Source of the DNA: Neoconidiobolus thromboides FSU 785
Lineage: Eukaryota; Fungi; Entomophthoromycota
Length of the DNA: 64,000 bases
NCBI GenBank assembly: GCA_025603075.1
Contig: MU626283.1
Coordinates: 1-64,000, forward strand
Direction of reading: 5' to 3'
Under the pieces are notes generated by a model, which saw only the letters and a program-made list of their open reading frames with translations, was not told the DNA's origin and searched no databases. Numbering within the stretch: position 1 is the stretch's first letter; every line of letters starts with the position of its first letter. Positions 51,786-64,000 of this stretch are shown here, piece after piece. Both the position numbers and the translations under genes were made by a program.

Positions 51786-53388
51786 AGTTATAATATTATC
51801 CTTTTGATAAATAATAAGAGATGTCAGGTTTATGATATAATATTACATTTATTCATGTATTTATAGTTTTTTTCTAACTCAGCCTAATTTTTTTTTTTAA
51901 AAATTGATCAACATTTTATTTTTCTATATTTGGATGAGTTTGATTTTTTAGTTTAAAATGTTTATCTTTCTTATTTATATGAAATCGAATATAATATTTA
52001 TTTAAAATCCTTTTACATTGTTTTATATTCAATATAGAATTATATAGTATCTTATTTATTTCCCCTATTGTATATCATTTAGAGCTTACGAATGACATCT
52101 AAATTATTCTAAAGTTTTAACACTATTTATTATATAATAATGATTCGTTATTATTAATATTTTAATATTCAAATATGAGCATAGTTTATTTGGCTACCTT
52201 TAAATGTTCAATAATTTGCTATTTATAAATGAAGACGATTTTTATTATAGACAGTAGTTATAACAATAGAAATTGGATTTTTTGTATAAACTTTATAACT
52301 TTAAATCCAACTATTTATTAAGTTTTTTTATAACAAAATTATCTTTATTAAACATTAAACTACTACATAATTTTTCTTTAATGTTTACTATAACATGAAA
52401 TAATGCTGCAATAGCTTAAACATTTTATAGTTCAAGACTCTGGTTCTGTTGTATAAGAAAAAGCTACCACCTTCTTAATCATAGATATAACTTATAACAC
52501 ATACATTAACAGAAAATACTAAGATTGTTTATATCATAAAAATAATTTGTACATGTATGGTATTATAAAATAAATAAAACTTATTAACACTTATCAATAA
52601 ATACAATCTTTGAATATCTTCTTTAAATTACACGTATAAGTTACGTGGAAGTTTCAACTTTAATGAGATTTATATAAAAAAAAGTAAAAATCAAATAATT
52701 TTTGTGCTTTTTTTAAAAAACTCATAAACAATCTAGAATAAACAATTTAAAGAACATTTAACTATCTTTTTATAACACAGCCTTTATGTTCTGATATATT
52801 AGATTTAATATATTTAAGGACATCAGGTTTTTGGAGGTTATTCGATTCTTCACAAATTTAAATCTTAGAGCTGTGGCAACTCTATTGAGACTTAATTTTT
52901 AATAATCTTTAGAACTAATTATTTATCTAGTTGGTTTTTTTGAAGCTTAGTTCTATAATTTTAGGCTGATTTTGGTGACTCTATTCTCAAATAAACAGCT
53001 AATTAGGTCGTAATAAAGTTAAAAAATCTAAAAGCTGACAAAAATTATTCGCAGCAGTTAGAAAGCTACTTATAGCTTTTATATTATTGGATAAAAAAGG
53101 ATTACCTAAAGGCGCAGCTATTACAGAGAGGGAGGAAAAAGAAATCAAACTTTAAAAAAATTAAGATTAAAGCCCAAGAGCGAAAATAACATATTAATAG
53201 TAAGTTAAAAATAATTAAATAATTAATAATAACTGCGATAATTTATTAATTTTAAAATAAACCTATTTAAATACCAACGGAGTTCGCATCTATTGAATTT
53301 TTTTATATTTATTTCATCTATTATAATAATCAATTTATTAATCATGCGCTTCTATTTAAAAAGACAAAAAACAATTTCAGAATTGACA

Positions 53389-56154
53389 ATGGAAACCACT
53401 GAGGACATAGCAACTTCTATTTCAAATCCAAGTATTAGAAGCGATCAACTACCAAATGGAAATAATGGTAAACAAGTTGGCGTGCAACTAAACGCCAAAA
53501 GTATCACTTTTGTTCCTCGTAAGAAAACTAATGCTGTAAGAGAAACGAATAATAATGGGAATGCTAGGCCTAATTTCAATAAATTTGATGGGAGGCAACA
53601 TCAAGGTAATATGCTTAAGACGCTTATCATCATCTATTTTGTTTTTTGTTATGTATAAACTACTGATATTAACAATCCTGTTTTTTATTAGTCGACTCAA
53701 CTGACTCTTCACCCGGTGTCAAAATTAACAAAAACAAATTCATTCCTAGCAACTCAAACTACGAAGCTCAATTTTTACAAGTGGTAGATAAAATAGCTAT
53801 GAAATTTCCAATACTTTCTCGTGAATACACTACTGCTTCCAACAATATCAAAGGGATGATTGAGCTCAGTATTGCTCCCTCTGATCCAGAGTTTCCGTAT
53901 GAATTGGAAAAATTAAACCTTAAGATTATTGTTGGAGTCGAAAATAGGTTTCAATTACCTAGTTTAGTTAAAGTGCTTAATGCTGATATTCCAAGGGCTT
54001 TTGCAGTTAATATAGAGGGCGCTTTTATTAAACAATGTAATTTAAAGAAGAATCAGTTGATTGAGAACTTAGTTTGGTTGGATAGAAATTTGACTGAAGT
54101 ATTGAAGAGACCAGAAGCAAACATCATTAAGTTTGTTAGAAGAGCTCCAGTAGAAAGTGGGAGTATGAAAATTAATGATGCTGTGAGTGATAATAATGTT
54201 AATGAAGTAAGTATTGATTTTAATAGAAATATATGGTATATTTATTATATTTATAGAAAAAACAAATAGCAGTTGTTAAAAATAATATTGTAAATAGTTC
54301 TTTTAATACTCAACATAATGATCTTTTTAATCATTATAACATTTCAGTCGAAGTAAATACTTAACGTTTAGTCTTCTTGAATTTATTAATTATTTTAAAG
54401 AAAAAACAAGAAACTGAAACTGTTGGTCTAACCCCTGAATTAAAGATGAGAAGAGAAAAAGAGATTACTCAAATTGAAAGGAGGTTTCGTCGTCATCATA
54501 AAGTTATATGGTAAAAATAGATAATTATTGAATAATTCATAATTAATATCCAAATAATTAGTGATGATAAAGACAAATATGTATTTGAAGTAAAACTCGA
54601 GCCATCCGATCCAGATTTTAAATTCAAAAAAGAATGCTCATATTATTATTTAACAATAACAATACCTGCTCTATATCCTACACAAGGCAGCTCAATTTCT
54701 TTAAAAATTATACCTGGTAGACAAGCTCTAACTATTAAGGATTACATGTTTAAGTAAGTTTTGTTTGGTGTTAATATGCTTAAAGTTTAATTATTATTTT
54801 TAGGAATGTTGAAAAAGGATTTAACGATTATGCTTCTAAATCAAATACTACTACTATTTTACATTGTGTTAATTGGTTAGATACTAGATTAGAATCATTA
54901 ATGACTTTACCACCATTAGAAACATCAATTCCTACTCCACCCAAATCACCTGAAATGAACAATAATAGTTCAAAAATTCATTATCACCATGATATATATA
55001 ATAATAATTCAAAAACTCATTATCAGCACGAAATGAATAGCAATAGTCCAAAAGTTTATCAACACCATGGAAAGAATGGAGATAAATATGATTTTAAAGA
55101 ATTAATTGATTCCAAAGAATCATACATGAATCCCTATTCAAAAGAAAAACAAAATGAAAGTTTAACAATATATAATGATAATGAGCATCAAGCTAAAGAA
55201 GAAATGAATAGCCAATTGCCTCCACCAACTTCACACAATGGTATTCAGTTAAAATTTTCCAATCATGAAATCAAAAATGTATCATTATTAATAGCAGAAT
55301 CTGTGGAATTAGAAGCTGTATGTGAACGTTGTAAAGCAAGGTTGGCATCACCAAAATTACTACCACATCATCAAACATTTTTTTCATGCTCTAAATGTAA
55401 TAATAATTTGGCCCTGAGATTCAGACCTACAATAATTCATCATGATTCCGATAGTTTAGGCTATTTAGATAATTTAAATTGCTCACCAATTTCTATTACT
55501 AAAGTAAGTTTGACTGTTAGTTGTAATAAATGTGAAAATTTAAATATTGGTTTAAATGGGTTCAAATCAATATTGTTATCTACTACTGTATCAGAAATCT
55601 GTAGATCTTGTCATACTCATTTTTCAGTTGAAATGGGACTTTGTAAATTTATTCGTTTAGCTCCCTCTGCTGCTATTTTTGAATTACCAACTTCTACCTC
55701 CAATTTACCAAAAGCTCAATTATTAGGTGTCTTACCAAGAAAAGAGAAATTGGATATAAAATTAGGTACTCCATTACCTTCCTTTGGTACATGTTCGCAT
55801 TATCGAAAATCCTATCGTTGGTTACGTTTTCCATGCTGTGGACAAGCATTTCCGTGTAGTACATGTCATGATCAATCTGTACAAAGTACAGAAAATAATC
55901 ATGAATCTGTTTATGCTACATCTATGATTTGTGGGTATTGTTCTAAAGAATTTAACTATTTTTCTGGTAATCAAAACCAACCACAATGTAAAGCTTGTGG
56001 GCATTTATTGACTCATTCTTCTAAAGGTAAAGCTTTTTGGGAGGGTGGCAAAGGGACAAGAGATAGAAGTAAAATGAATAAAAATGAAGGTAGAAAGTAT
56101 AAAGGGTTGAATAAAACGGTGTCTAAAAAGAAACAGGCAGAGGAAAAAATTTAA
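53389..56154 (+). CDS. Uncharacterised fungal protein with RWD-like folds and a C-terminal CHY zinc finger, multi-exon
   Basis: PSDPEFPYEL and PSDPDF repeats, Cys-pair region, and GTCSHYRKSYRWLRFPCCGQAFPCSTCHD...MICGYCSKE...FWEGGKGTRD. The start codon could alternatively be 53344. Confidence 0.8.
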
Positions 56155-56423
56155 ATGGAAACATGACATCAGTTCTTGACAAAGAAGTGCTACATAGAAT
56201 TGGATCGATATTAGGTTTCTATTACCTAGTTAGGAACTGAAGGTTTTGGTTGGTGAGATGAAAAGAAGATAATTGATATTAAAGTTGATAGTTAACTATG
56301 AGTCTGCTTGCTAACTTAAAATTGATTATACAAAATAGAGCACCCAAAGTAAATTTTAGTTTAGTTTTATTTAATTTGAATAAAAAGAAATCAAAACTTT
56401 ATTATAAATAGTATATTTTATTA

Positions 56424-57478
56424 TTACACTCCAAAGAATTCATTCCCATTTTGTTTACATAAAGATATTAATTCATATGTTGTTATATTTAAAGCTTGAC
56501 TAATTAACACTATAATATCCCTCATAACCTCATCGATATAATTAATATTATGAGTATCGGATTCTAATAATATTCTATCCCTTGGGATGGTGTTGATAAG
56601 TTTATTGAACTTATTGAAATTCATACGACCATTAACTAATTTTGATATTGAAAAATAAATTTTTGGAAAGTGAAATTGAGTACTAATCTCCAACCCATGG
56701 GGTTCAATTAGTTTTACTAGCTGCTTATTAGGTTGATAGTGAATATTTAGCTTTTCCTTTTTACTAAAATTGATTACTTTTAATATTCCTTTAGCACTCT
56801 CATCACTACCTGAAAAAGAATGTAACATTAAATTCTTTGGAAACGATAAATATTCTTTGGTTGGATCATCAAATGGTTTTAGTAAATCTTTTTTTATATG
56901 AGTGAAATAATCTAATATAGAACCTTGACATTGTACAACATGGATAGAGCAAGGTAGGTTAAGCAAAGCGGATAATTGAAACTGAAGTTTAAATTGGTGA
57001 AGTTGAAGTGTGAATGGATATAATTGTTTGGTGATAGGATCAACGGCTATTTTATCGAGACCTGGATATCAAAAAATATATAAAAAATAAAAGCAATATA
57101 ATAGCAAAAACATCTCTTACCAATCTCACCAACCATTGCCCCTTTACACTTTTTTAAATTACTTAAAAGCAAATCTATCCACTCCTTGTCTCGTTTAAAC
57201 TCATTGCTAGTTTTCTCTGAAAACCAAGGATGAATACCAAAGCAAGGTATTACTCTCTTTGGGAATAAATCATATAATTGAGAGACTTTGTCCCAATCAT
57301 TAGTTAATGTACCCATCACTGCAAGTTTTTTACAGGTTGTAGTGGTTATTTTAAATTCTTCTGGATTATAGCTATCTTGAATGTGACAATGTGAGTCAAT
57401 GAGTTCAGTTAAGTCTATGGACGAGATATCTTGTTGAGATGGTGTTTCTTGAGATGGTATTTCGTTAATTGGATTCAT
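56424..57478 (-). CDS. TatD-family metal-dependent hydrolase/DNase (2 exons)
   Basis: DSHCH, GIHPWF, VGEIG|LDK, SIHVV, LHSFSGS, ILLESD. Confidence 0.9.
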
Positions 57479-58546
57479 TTCATTATTAAAAAATCAAATT
57501 GAGAATTTTTTTTCATCATTCAAATTTATATTGAATTTGAATGTTTATGAAATAAGAATTTGTTAACTGGTTAAGCGACTAGGAATTAATATAGGCCAGA
57601 AAGTAGTCCTTAGTTTATAGCTTAAGGCGCGAATAGCTGTTGGCAAAAATTTCCTTGTTTTTTGTTGGATATGACAGATTTATCTAGTTCAACATAAATA
57701 TTTTTAATCAAAGAGTACAACAATAATATACATTATATTGTTGTAGAGCCTTGCAATATGACAGTATATTCAAGCAGAAAAAATAGCTGTTCATATTTAG
57801 TTACAATTAAAGCGATAATATTTTATTTTGTTTTAGTTGATTTTTATTTTCAAAAGTAGTTTTTTTACAATTTATTAATTTTCATATATACTGCTTATGA
57901 TGGTCTTATACATACCTTCAAAAAAGTTTAAGTCGGAAACTTAGAAACCAAAGCTTTTTGATTTTGAAAAAAATAGTTAATAGATTAAGAAAGATATAGT
58001 ATTTTGCTACGATTTTAATGTTTTAAAAACCATTTAAATTCATCTTGTACTTCATTTTAAAATTAATTGTTAGTGACACTGTAATATCTATAGCATTTGA
58101 TGGGGCATTATCTGCTCTTAACTTGAATTTTGTTTAAATTGATCAAAACTTTTAATTTGTATTTTTTCACTTAAATGTTTTGATGATAAAACATTGAAGA
58201 CTAATATTAATCTGACGTTTAAACGGGAGAAGTAAACAATTAAAAACTTTGATCCTCCTTCAAACCAAATCTGCAATATAAAATACTTTACTTCAATATT
58301 AAAAAAAACTTTGTTTTATAAAGCACTTTAATAACTTACTAAAAGTATGAATTTAATTTCTAAATTACTTCTTAGTAACAAAATATGAAATTTATAGGGA
58401 TAAAGCGAACATAAAAATCAAAAAGTACCAACACTCCAATTATCAACCCACCAATCATAGAAATTCCAAAAAGTAACATAAAAATTCCAAAAATCCAAAA
58501 CTCACTTTAACTTCAACTTCAAAAAAACTCAAAAAAACTCAACACT

Positions 58547-60265
58547 ATGACCAGTGGAAATTATGCCGGAGGTAACCGTAGTCTAACTCAATAACCAAAA
58601 AAGTGAACTTTTTAACTTTCGTCTATAGTTGAAATCCCCTCTATAGTATTAGATCTAGGATCCGATACGACACGTATTGGACATGCAGGAGAAGATTGTC
58701 CACGTAGTATGTTTCCTACAAATTTAGGTAAAAGGATAGGCGATTTTATTCCAGGAACCGATGGAGGATTTAGTAGTTCAAATAATAAGCATAATTATAT
58801 TGGTGGTATTGGGAATACAGTTAACCATATATCTGGAGTTGAAATGGTGAATCCATTTTCTGAAGGAGAGAGTGAGTTTTTTTGTTTGTAAAGTTACTAT
58901 ATTTTTTAGATAAAAAAGAGAACGAATTCTGAATGATTTACCAATATTAATTTTGTATTCTCTAGTTGTCGATTATGATGCTTTTGAATCCGTTTGTAGT
59001 TATGCATTCAATCACTCTTTACGTTTAGGCTCCAATGAACAACCGTTATTATTTACTGAGTATTCGTGGGCTAGCTTAAATCAAAGGGAAAAAGTAACTG
59101 AATTAATGTTTGAAACTTTTGATATCCCTGCTTTATATTTAGCTAGAAACGCTGTTTTATCTGCGTAAGTTTAATACCTTTTTAATATTTTAAGATGATA
59201 GAGATTAATAGAGGTTCTGAATTTTAGGTTTGCTAGTGGTAGAACAACTGCTTTGGTTTTAGACTCAGGAGCTTGTATGACTTCTGCAGTTCCTGTTTAT
59301 GATGGCTATGTGTTAAAGAAAGGTAAGAAATAACATAACAAATTAATTAACTGAATATAATGTATTTTTTTCTTTTAGGAATATTTAAACAACCATTAGG
59401 AGGCAATGATATCAATGAATATATTATTGAAGATTTAAAAAAATTATATAATTATGAAGTAACACCATCCTATTTAATTAAAAATAGACAAATACTAGAA
59501 GCGGAAGCCTTACCTCAATTAGAGTTAAAACAGTTCGAAAATACTACAGAATCATTTAATAAGTTTATGAAATTAGTAAGGATAAAGTTTGTTATAGTAA
59601 TAATAGTTTATTCCTTTGAATTTAGAATGCAGTAAATGAATTTAAAGAATCAACTTGTCAAATATTTGAATCCTTTTATAATCAAAAGTAAGTTAATAAA
59701 TAACAAAGTAGACTATTTTTAATAACTTTTATAACAACAATTAATCTAGTGCCATCGATACCCGTCCTGGTAAACCTTATGAATTTTCTGATGGTTATAA
59801 TCGAATTTTTGGTTCAGAGCGTTTCCGTTATGGAGAAATAATGTTTCAACCCAACCTATTAACTAATCATAAAAAAGATATGAATAGTATCTCCAAATTA
59901 ATAGTTGATAGTATCAACTTAATGGATGTTGACTTAAAACCTCATCTTTGTCATAATATTATATTAAGTGGTGGGAATACCTTAATCAATGGATTTAATG
60001 ATAGATTAGGTTATGAATTAAATAGTCAATTGTATGGGGTAAGTGAAGATAATCTTATATTATGTAATTTAGTAATGTTTTTATATTTTATATTTTATAG
60101 CAAAGAATTAAATTAATTCATGGACCTAATAATTTTGAAAGAAAATATACTAATTGGTTAGGTGGTTCTATTTTATCTTCATTAGCTACTTTTAATCAAT
60201 TGTGGCTATCTAAATCCGAATATCAAGAATCTGGGACTTCTATTATTGAGAAAAAATTTGCTTAA
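58547..60265 (+). CDS. ARP4: Actin-related protein 4 (NuA4/INO80/SWR1), multi-exon
   Basis: [97 protein letters not shown]. Confidence 0.9.
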
Positions 60266-60548
60266 ATAAAGTTTATTATTTTATTACTCTATATATTTGC
60301 ATTACATATTTAATAATTGATTTTTTGAGTTTTTATTTTACTACGTGCTACTTAAATTAGTGAGCAAAAGATTCCAACCAATTAAATTTAAAGATGAAAT
60401 TATTAAAAATTTTATGGGATAAAAAAAGTCAATTAAGGATAAAGATCCAGTATCAAAACTCGATCTTTTGATATTTTCAATAAATAATAAAATATTAAGT
60501 CAATAGAGACAATTGAAAGGAAATAGAAGAAACAAAAAGTAAGGAAAG

Positions 60549-63500
60549 ATGAATCAACAAGAATTACCCAAAAAAGAATTAGCTTTGTATAAATCAATGC
60601 TCGTAATTTAACAATCTTTTGTTCATTTATATAAATTAATGAAATCAAATCATTTTATTATAGAAACTCTTTGAATTCAAACAATATAAAAAAGGATTAA
60701 AAACTGCAGAAACTGTTTTAAAAAAGGTACCTGAACATGGAGGTAAATCTCATTTTTAATAATATCATAATATCCTCAGGACTAATTCATTTGTCTTTTT
60801 CTTTTTTTATTATTTACTTTAAAATAAATAGAAACCTTAGTTCTTAAAGGTTTATTTTTATCCCATCTTAATAGAAAAGAAGAAGGTTTTGAATTAGCTA
60901 AAAAAGGATTGAAGATTAATCCAAATAGTGGAACTTGTAAGTAATATATAATTTAAAATGCAAATTTGAGAAAAGATAATAATAATACTAAAATTAAATT
61001 AAAAGCATGGAATGTTATGGGTATTATGTATCGAAATGAAAGAAATTATAAAGAAGCATTAAAATCTTTTATTGAAGCTATTAAATTTGATAAGGTAAAT
61101 TAGATTGCATTATTTATTAATATTTTAAAAACTATAAATAACTAATATTAATTTATTTATATATATAGAATAATTTTCAAATTATAAGAGATATCTGTTA
61201 TCTTCATATTCATCTTAGAAATTATGATTCTTTTAATGTAAGTTATATAATCAATTATAAACTCAAATCAATCAACTTAAACTTTATAATAGGAAATGAG
61301 TCAATTTATATTAAGTGCACGACCAGCGAATCGAGCCTTTTGGGGTGGCTTAGCAGTATCTTATCACTTAGTTAATAATTTAGATTCTGCTATCAAAGTA
61401 TTAGATGCTTATATTGAAACATTTTATGTAAATTTGAAATCGAAGTTAAATTAATTAATTGATAATAATAATTTTATTTTATTTACTTAGGAATCTAAAA
61501 ATGTACCTGATTATGAACATTCTGAATTAATGTTATATCGTAATTTACTGTATCAAGAAAATGGACAATATGAAAAAGCAAAACTCGATTTGGATATTAT
61601 TGAAAAAGATACATTTGATAAATTATCTCTTACTTTATATAAAGGTAAAAAATTAACGTGTTTTTGTTTTATACTTATTGATTTGATTTAATTTGATTTA
61701 GCTCGTATTTTAAAAAAACTTGGAGATAAATTAGGAGCTTCCGAAACTTATAGAAAATTAATTAATATTAATCCAGACTGTAAAGAATATATATTAGAAT
61801 TATTGGATATTGAAGAGTTAAATAAGGGTAAATTATAAATCTATTATTAATTAAATATTTTATTTTATTTTCAATATAGATAATTTAACTTATGAAGATA
61901 ACCAACGAGTATTAACTATATTTGATGATTTACGTCGAGATAACCCAAAATCAAATTTATTAAAATATTTACCTTTAGTTTATAGTAATAGCGAGCAATT
62001 TGAAAGTTATGCTAAACCATATATAACTCATGCCATTAAAAAAGGGATCCCATCTTTATTTTCAAATTTAAAAGATTTATATAAAAATGAAGAAAAGAAA
62101 GAAATCATCATCAAAATTATTGAAGAGATTTACAACGAAAGTAAAAATAGTAAAGATTTAGAAGTTAATGGAAATGGTAAAACTCTGACAAAATAATGAA
62201 TTGAATTATATATTTACTGAATTTGTTTTATTTAGGTACTTCAGCTGCTAATGAAATCATCTGGAGTGAATATTTTTTAGCTCAACATTATGATAAAATT
62301 GGAGATCATCAAAAAGCGTTAGAATTTATTGAATTAGCTATTCAAAGGGAACCTAAAATGGTAGAATTATATATGACTAAAGCTAGGATTTATAAGGTAA
62401 ATCGAATTAAAAAATACTATTTATTATTTAAAATATTATAAATTAATATTAATATATGATATATTAGCATCTTAAAAACATTGAAGTAGCTAGTGAAGTT
62501 ATGGAAGAAGCAAGAAAAATTGATCTTGCTGATCGATATGTTAATACAAAATGTACAAAATATTTGTTACGTAATAATAAAGTAGAAGAAGCAGAAAATA
62601 TTATTACTTTATTTGTTAGAGTAAGTTGAAGAATTAATTTATAATTCATAATTTATATGGATAATAATATATTAAACTGATTCTTTTTTATAGCCTGATT
62701 CCAATGACAAATTAAATGAATTAGCTGAAAATCAATGTTTATGGTTTGAAATTGAAGCAGCTAAATCTAGATATCGTCAGAATCAAATTGGCTTAACATT
62801 GAAAAAAGCTCATTTAATTGCTAAAGTAAATTGATTTAAATTCTCTATTATTATATAATGTTTAATATTTTTTAGCATTTTAATGATTTTGAAGATGATC
62901 AATTAGATTTCCATGGTTATTGTATGAGAAAATCAACTGTTCGTCCATATTTAAGGTTATTATTATAATATATTAATTAATGCTATTATTAATTTAATTT
63001 AATTTAATTTATAGAGCTTTAGTATTTGAAGATAAACTTTATTGTAATAAAACTTATCTTCAAGCAGTAGAATTGGCTGCTAAAGTAAATATTATAATTA
63101 AATTTAAAAATCAAAATTAACAATTATATTTTTAGTGTTATGTTATGATAGCTGAGAATCCAGAAGCAGCTAAAAATGCAGATAATCCAGAATATGGTAA
63201 ATTTTAATCTTTTTTATATTAAATTGCAATATAGTTTTTATATAATGTATTAACTTACTTTCATTATAAATAGCTAAGTTAAGTGCAGCTGAAAAGAAGA
63301 AATTAAAATTAAAACAAAAGAAAGCGTTACAAAAATCTAATCAAGAAAATGAAAAAAACAATGAGCTTACAGGGAAAAATGGTAAGTTAAATTAATATTA
63401 TTGTTACAATTTTAATAAGTTGTTTATTTTTATTATTTTTATTTTAGAATCCAAAAAAGATGAAGATCCAAAAGGTTTAAAATATTTTTCAGTAAGCTTT

Positions 63501-64000
63501 GGAAAAATTAATAATTTATCAATATTTATAATTTATTAATATTTATTAAGATTCAAAATCCCCTTGAAGAAGCATTTAAATTAATTAAACCAACACTTGA
63601 ATTTGAGGATTTAACATTATCTTATGTTCAAGCTTGTTTTGAAGTATTAATTCGACAAAGTAAGTTTTATTTATTATCTTATCTTATAAAAAGATTATAT
63701 TAACGATTTATATTATTATTAGATAAATTTCTTCTCAGTTTAAAGATGATATTAAAATCTATTAAATTAGATTCTAAAGATGCATTAATTCAAGAACAAC
63801 TTAAAAAATTCATAGAATGTTTTAATGAAATTAAAAAACAAAAGAAGACACCTGAATATTTAATAAATACAGTTGAAAATCAATTGAAGAAGGTAACTGT
63901 AGATTATCCAGAATATCTAGATATAGTTGTTGGTTTACAAGGATTGGAGATTTAACTAAGTGAAAAATTAAAATATGAAGGTATGGGATTATATGTTGAT
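60549..64000 (+). CDS. NAT1: NatA auxiliary subunit Naa15 (TPR protein), many exons; 3' partial
   Basis: ELPKKELALYKSML|KLFEFKQYKKGLK, KGIPSLFSNLKDLY, YFLAQHYD, ELYMTKARIYKH, DLADRYVNTKCTKYLLR, QCLWFE, DDQLDFHGYCMRK, KKDEDPKG. Confidence 0.95.

Overview
A very AT-rich eukaryotic window with many short (~40-70 nt) GT-AG introns. The gene set and style point to an early-diverging fungus; an Entomophthoromycotina/Conidiobolus-like organism is my inference and is not verified. The first ~22 kb is gene-sparse and accessory-like. It holds a CAP-domain gene, an orphan 7TM receptor, thioredoxin plus a truncated duplicate, a small secreted protein, PRE4, a Medusa-family regulator, gene relics, and about 15 copies of a ~98-bp MITE with 4-bp target-site duplications. 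The rest is gene-dense housekeeping: PPN1, FAM210-like, MCD4, two BRAP2 paralogs, SFA1, SCJ1, USO1, mL59, PPX1, DYN2, uL23m, MAK5, CLPTM1, a CHY-finger protein, TatD, ARP4 and NAT1, plus 4 tRNAs. The highlights are: (1) a head-to-head pair of BRAP2/Etp1 paralogs with complementary damage (one has an intact RING-H2 and a degenerate ZnF-UBP, the other a broken RING and an intact ZnF-UBP), suggesting a split heteromeric E3 ligase; (2) a 59-aa secreted Gly-rich prepropeptide ending in CRRC that the ORF track misses; (3) the MITE family, with a nested self-insertion and end-to-end chains; (4) twin CACGTGGG (Pho4-type) sites and a GC-AG intron at PPN1. All exon boundaries were read by eye, so some gene ends are approximate.
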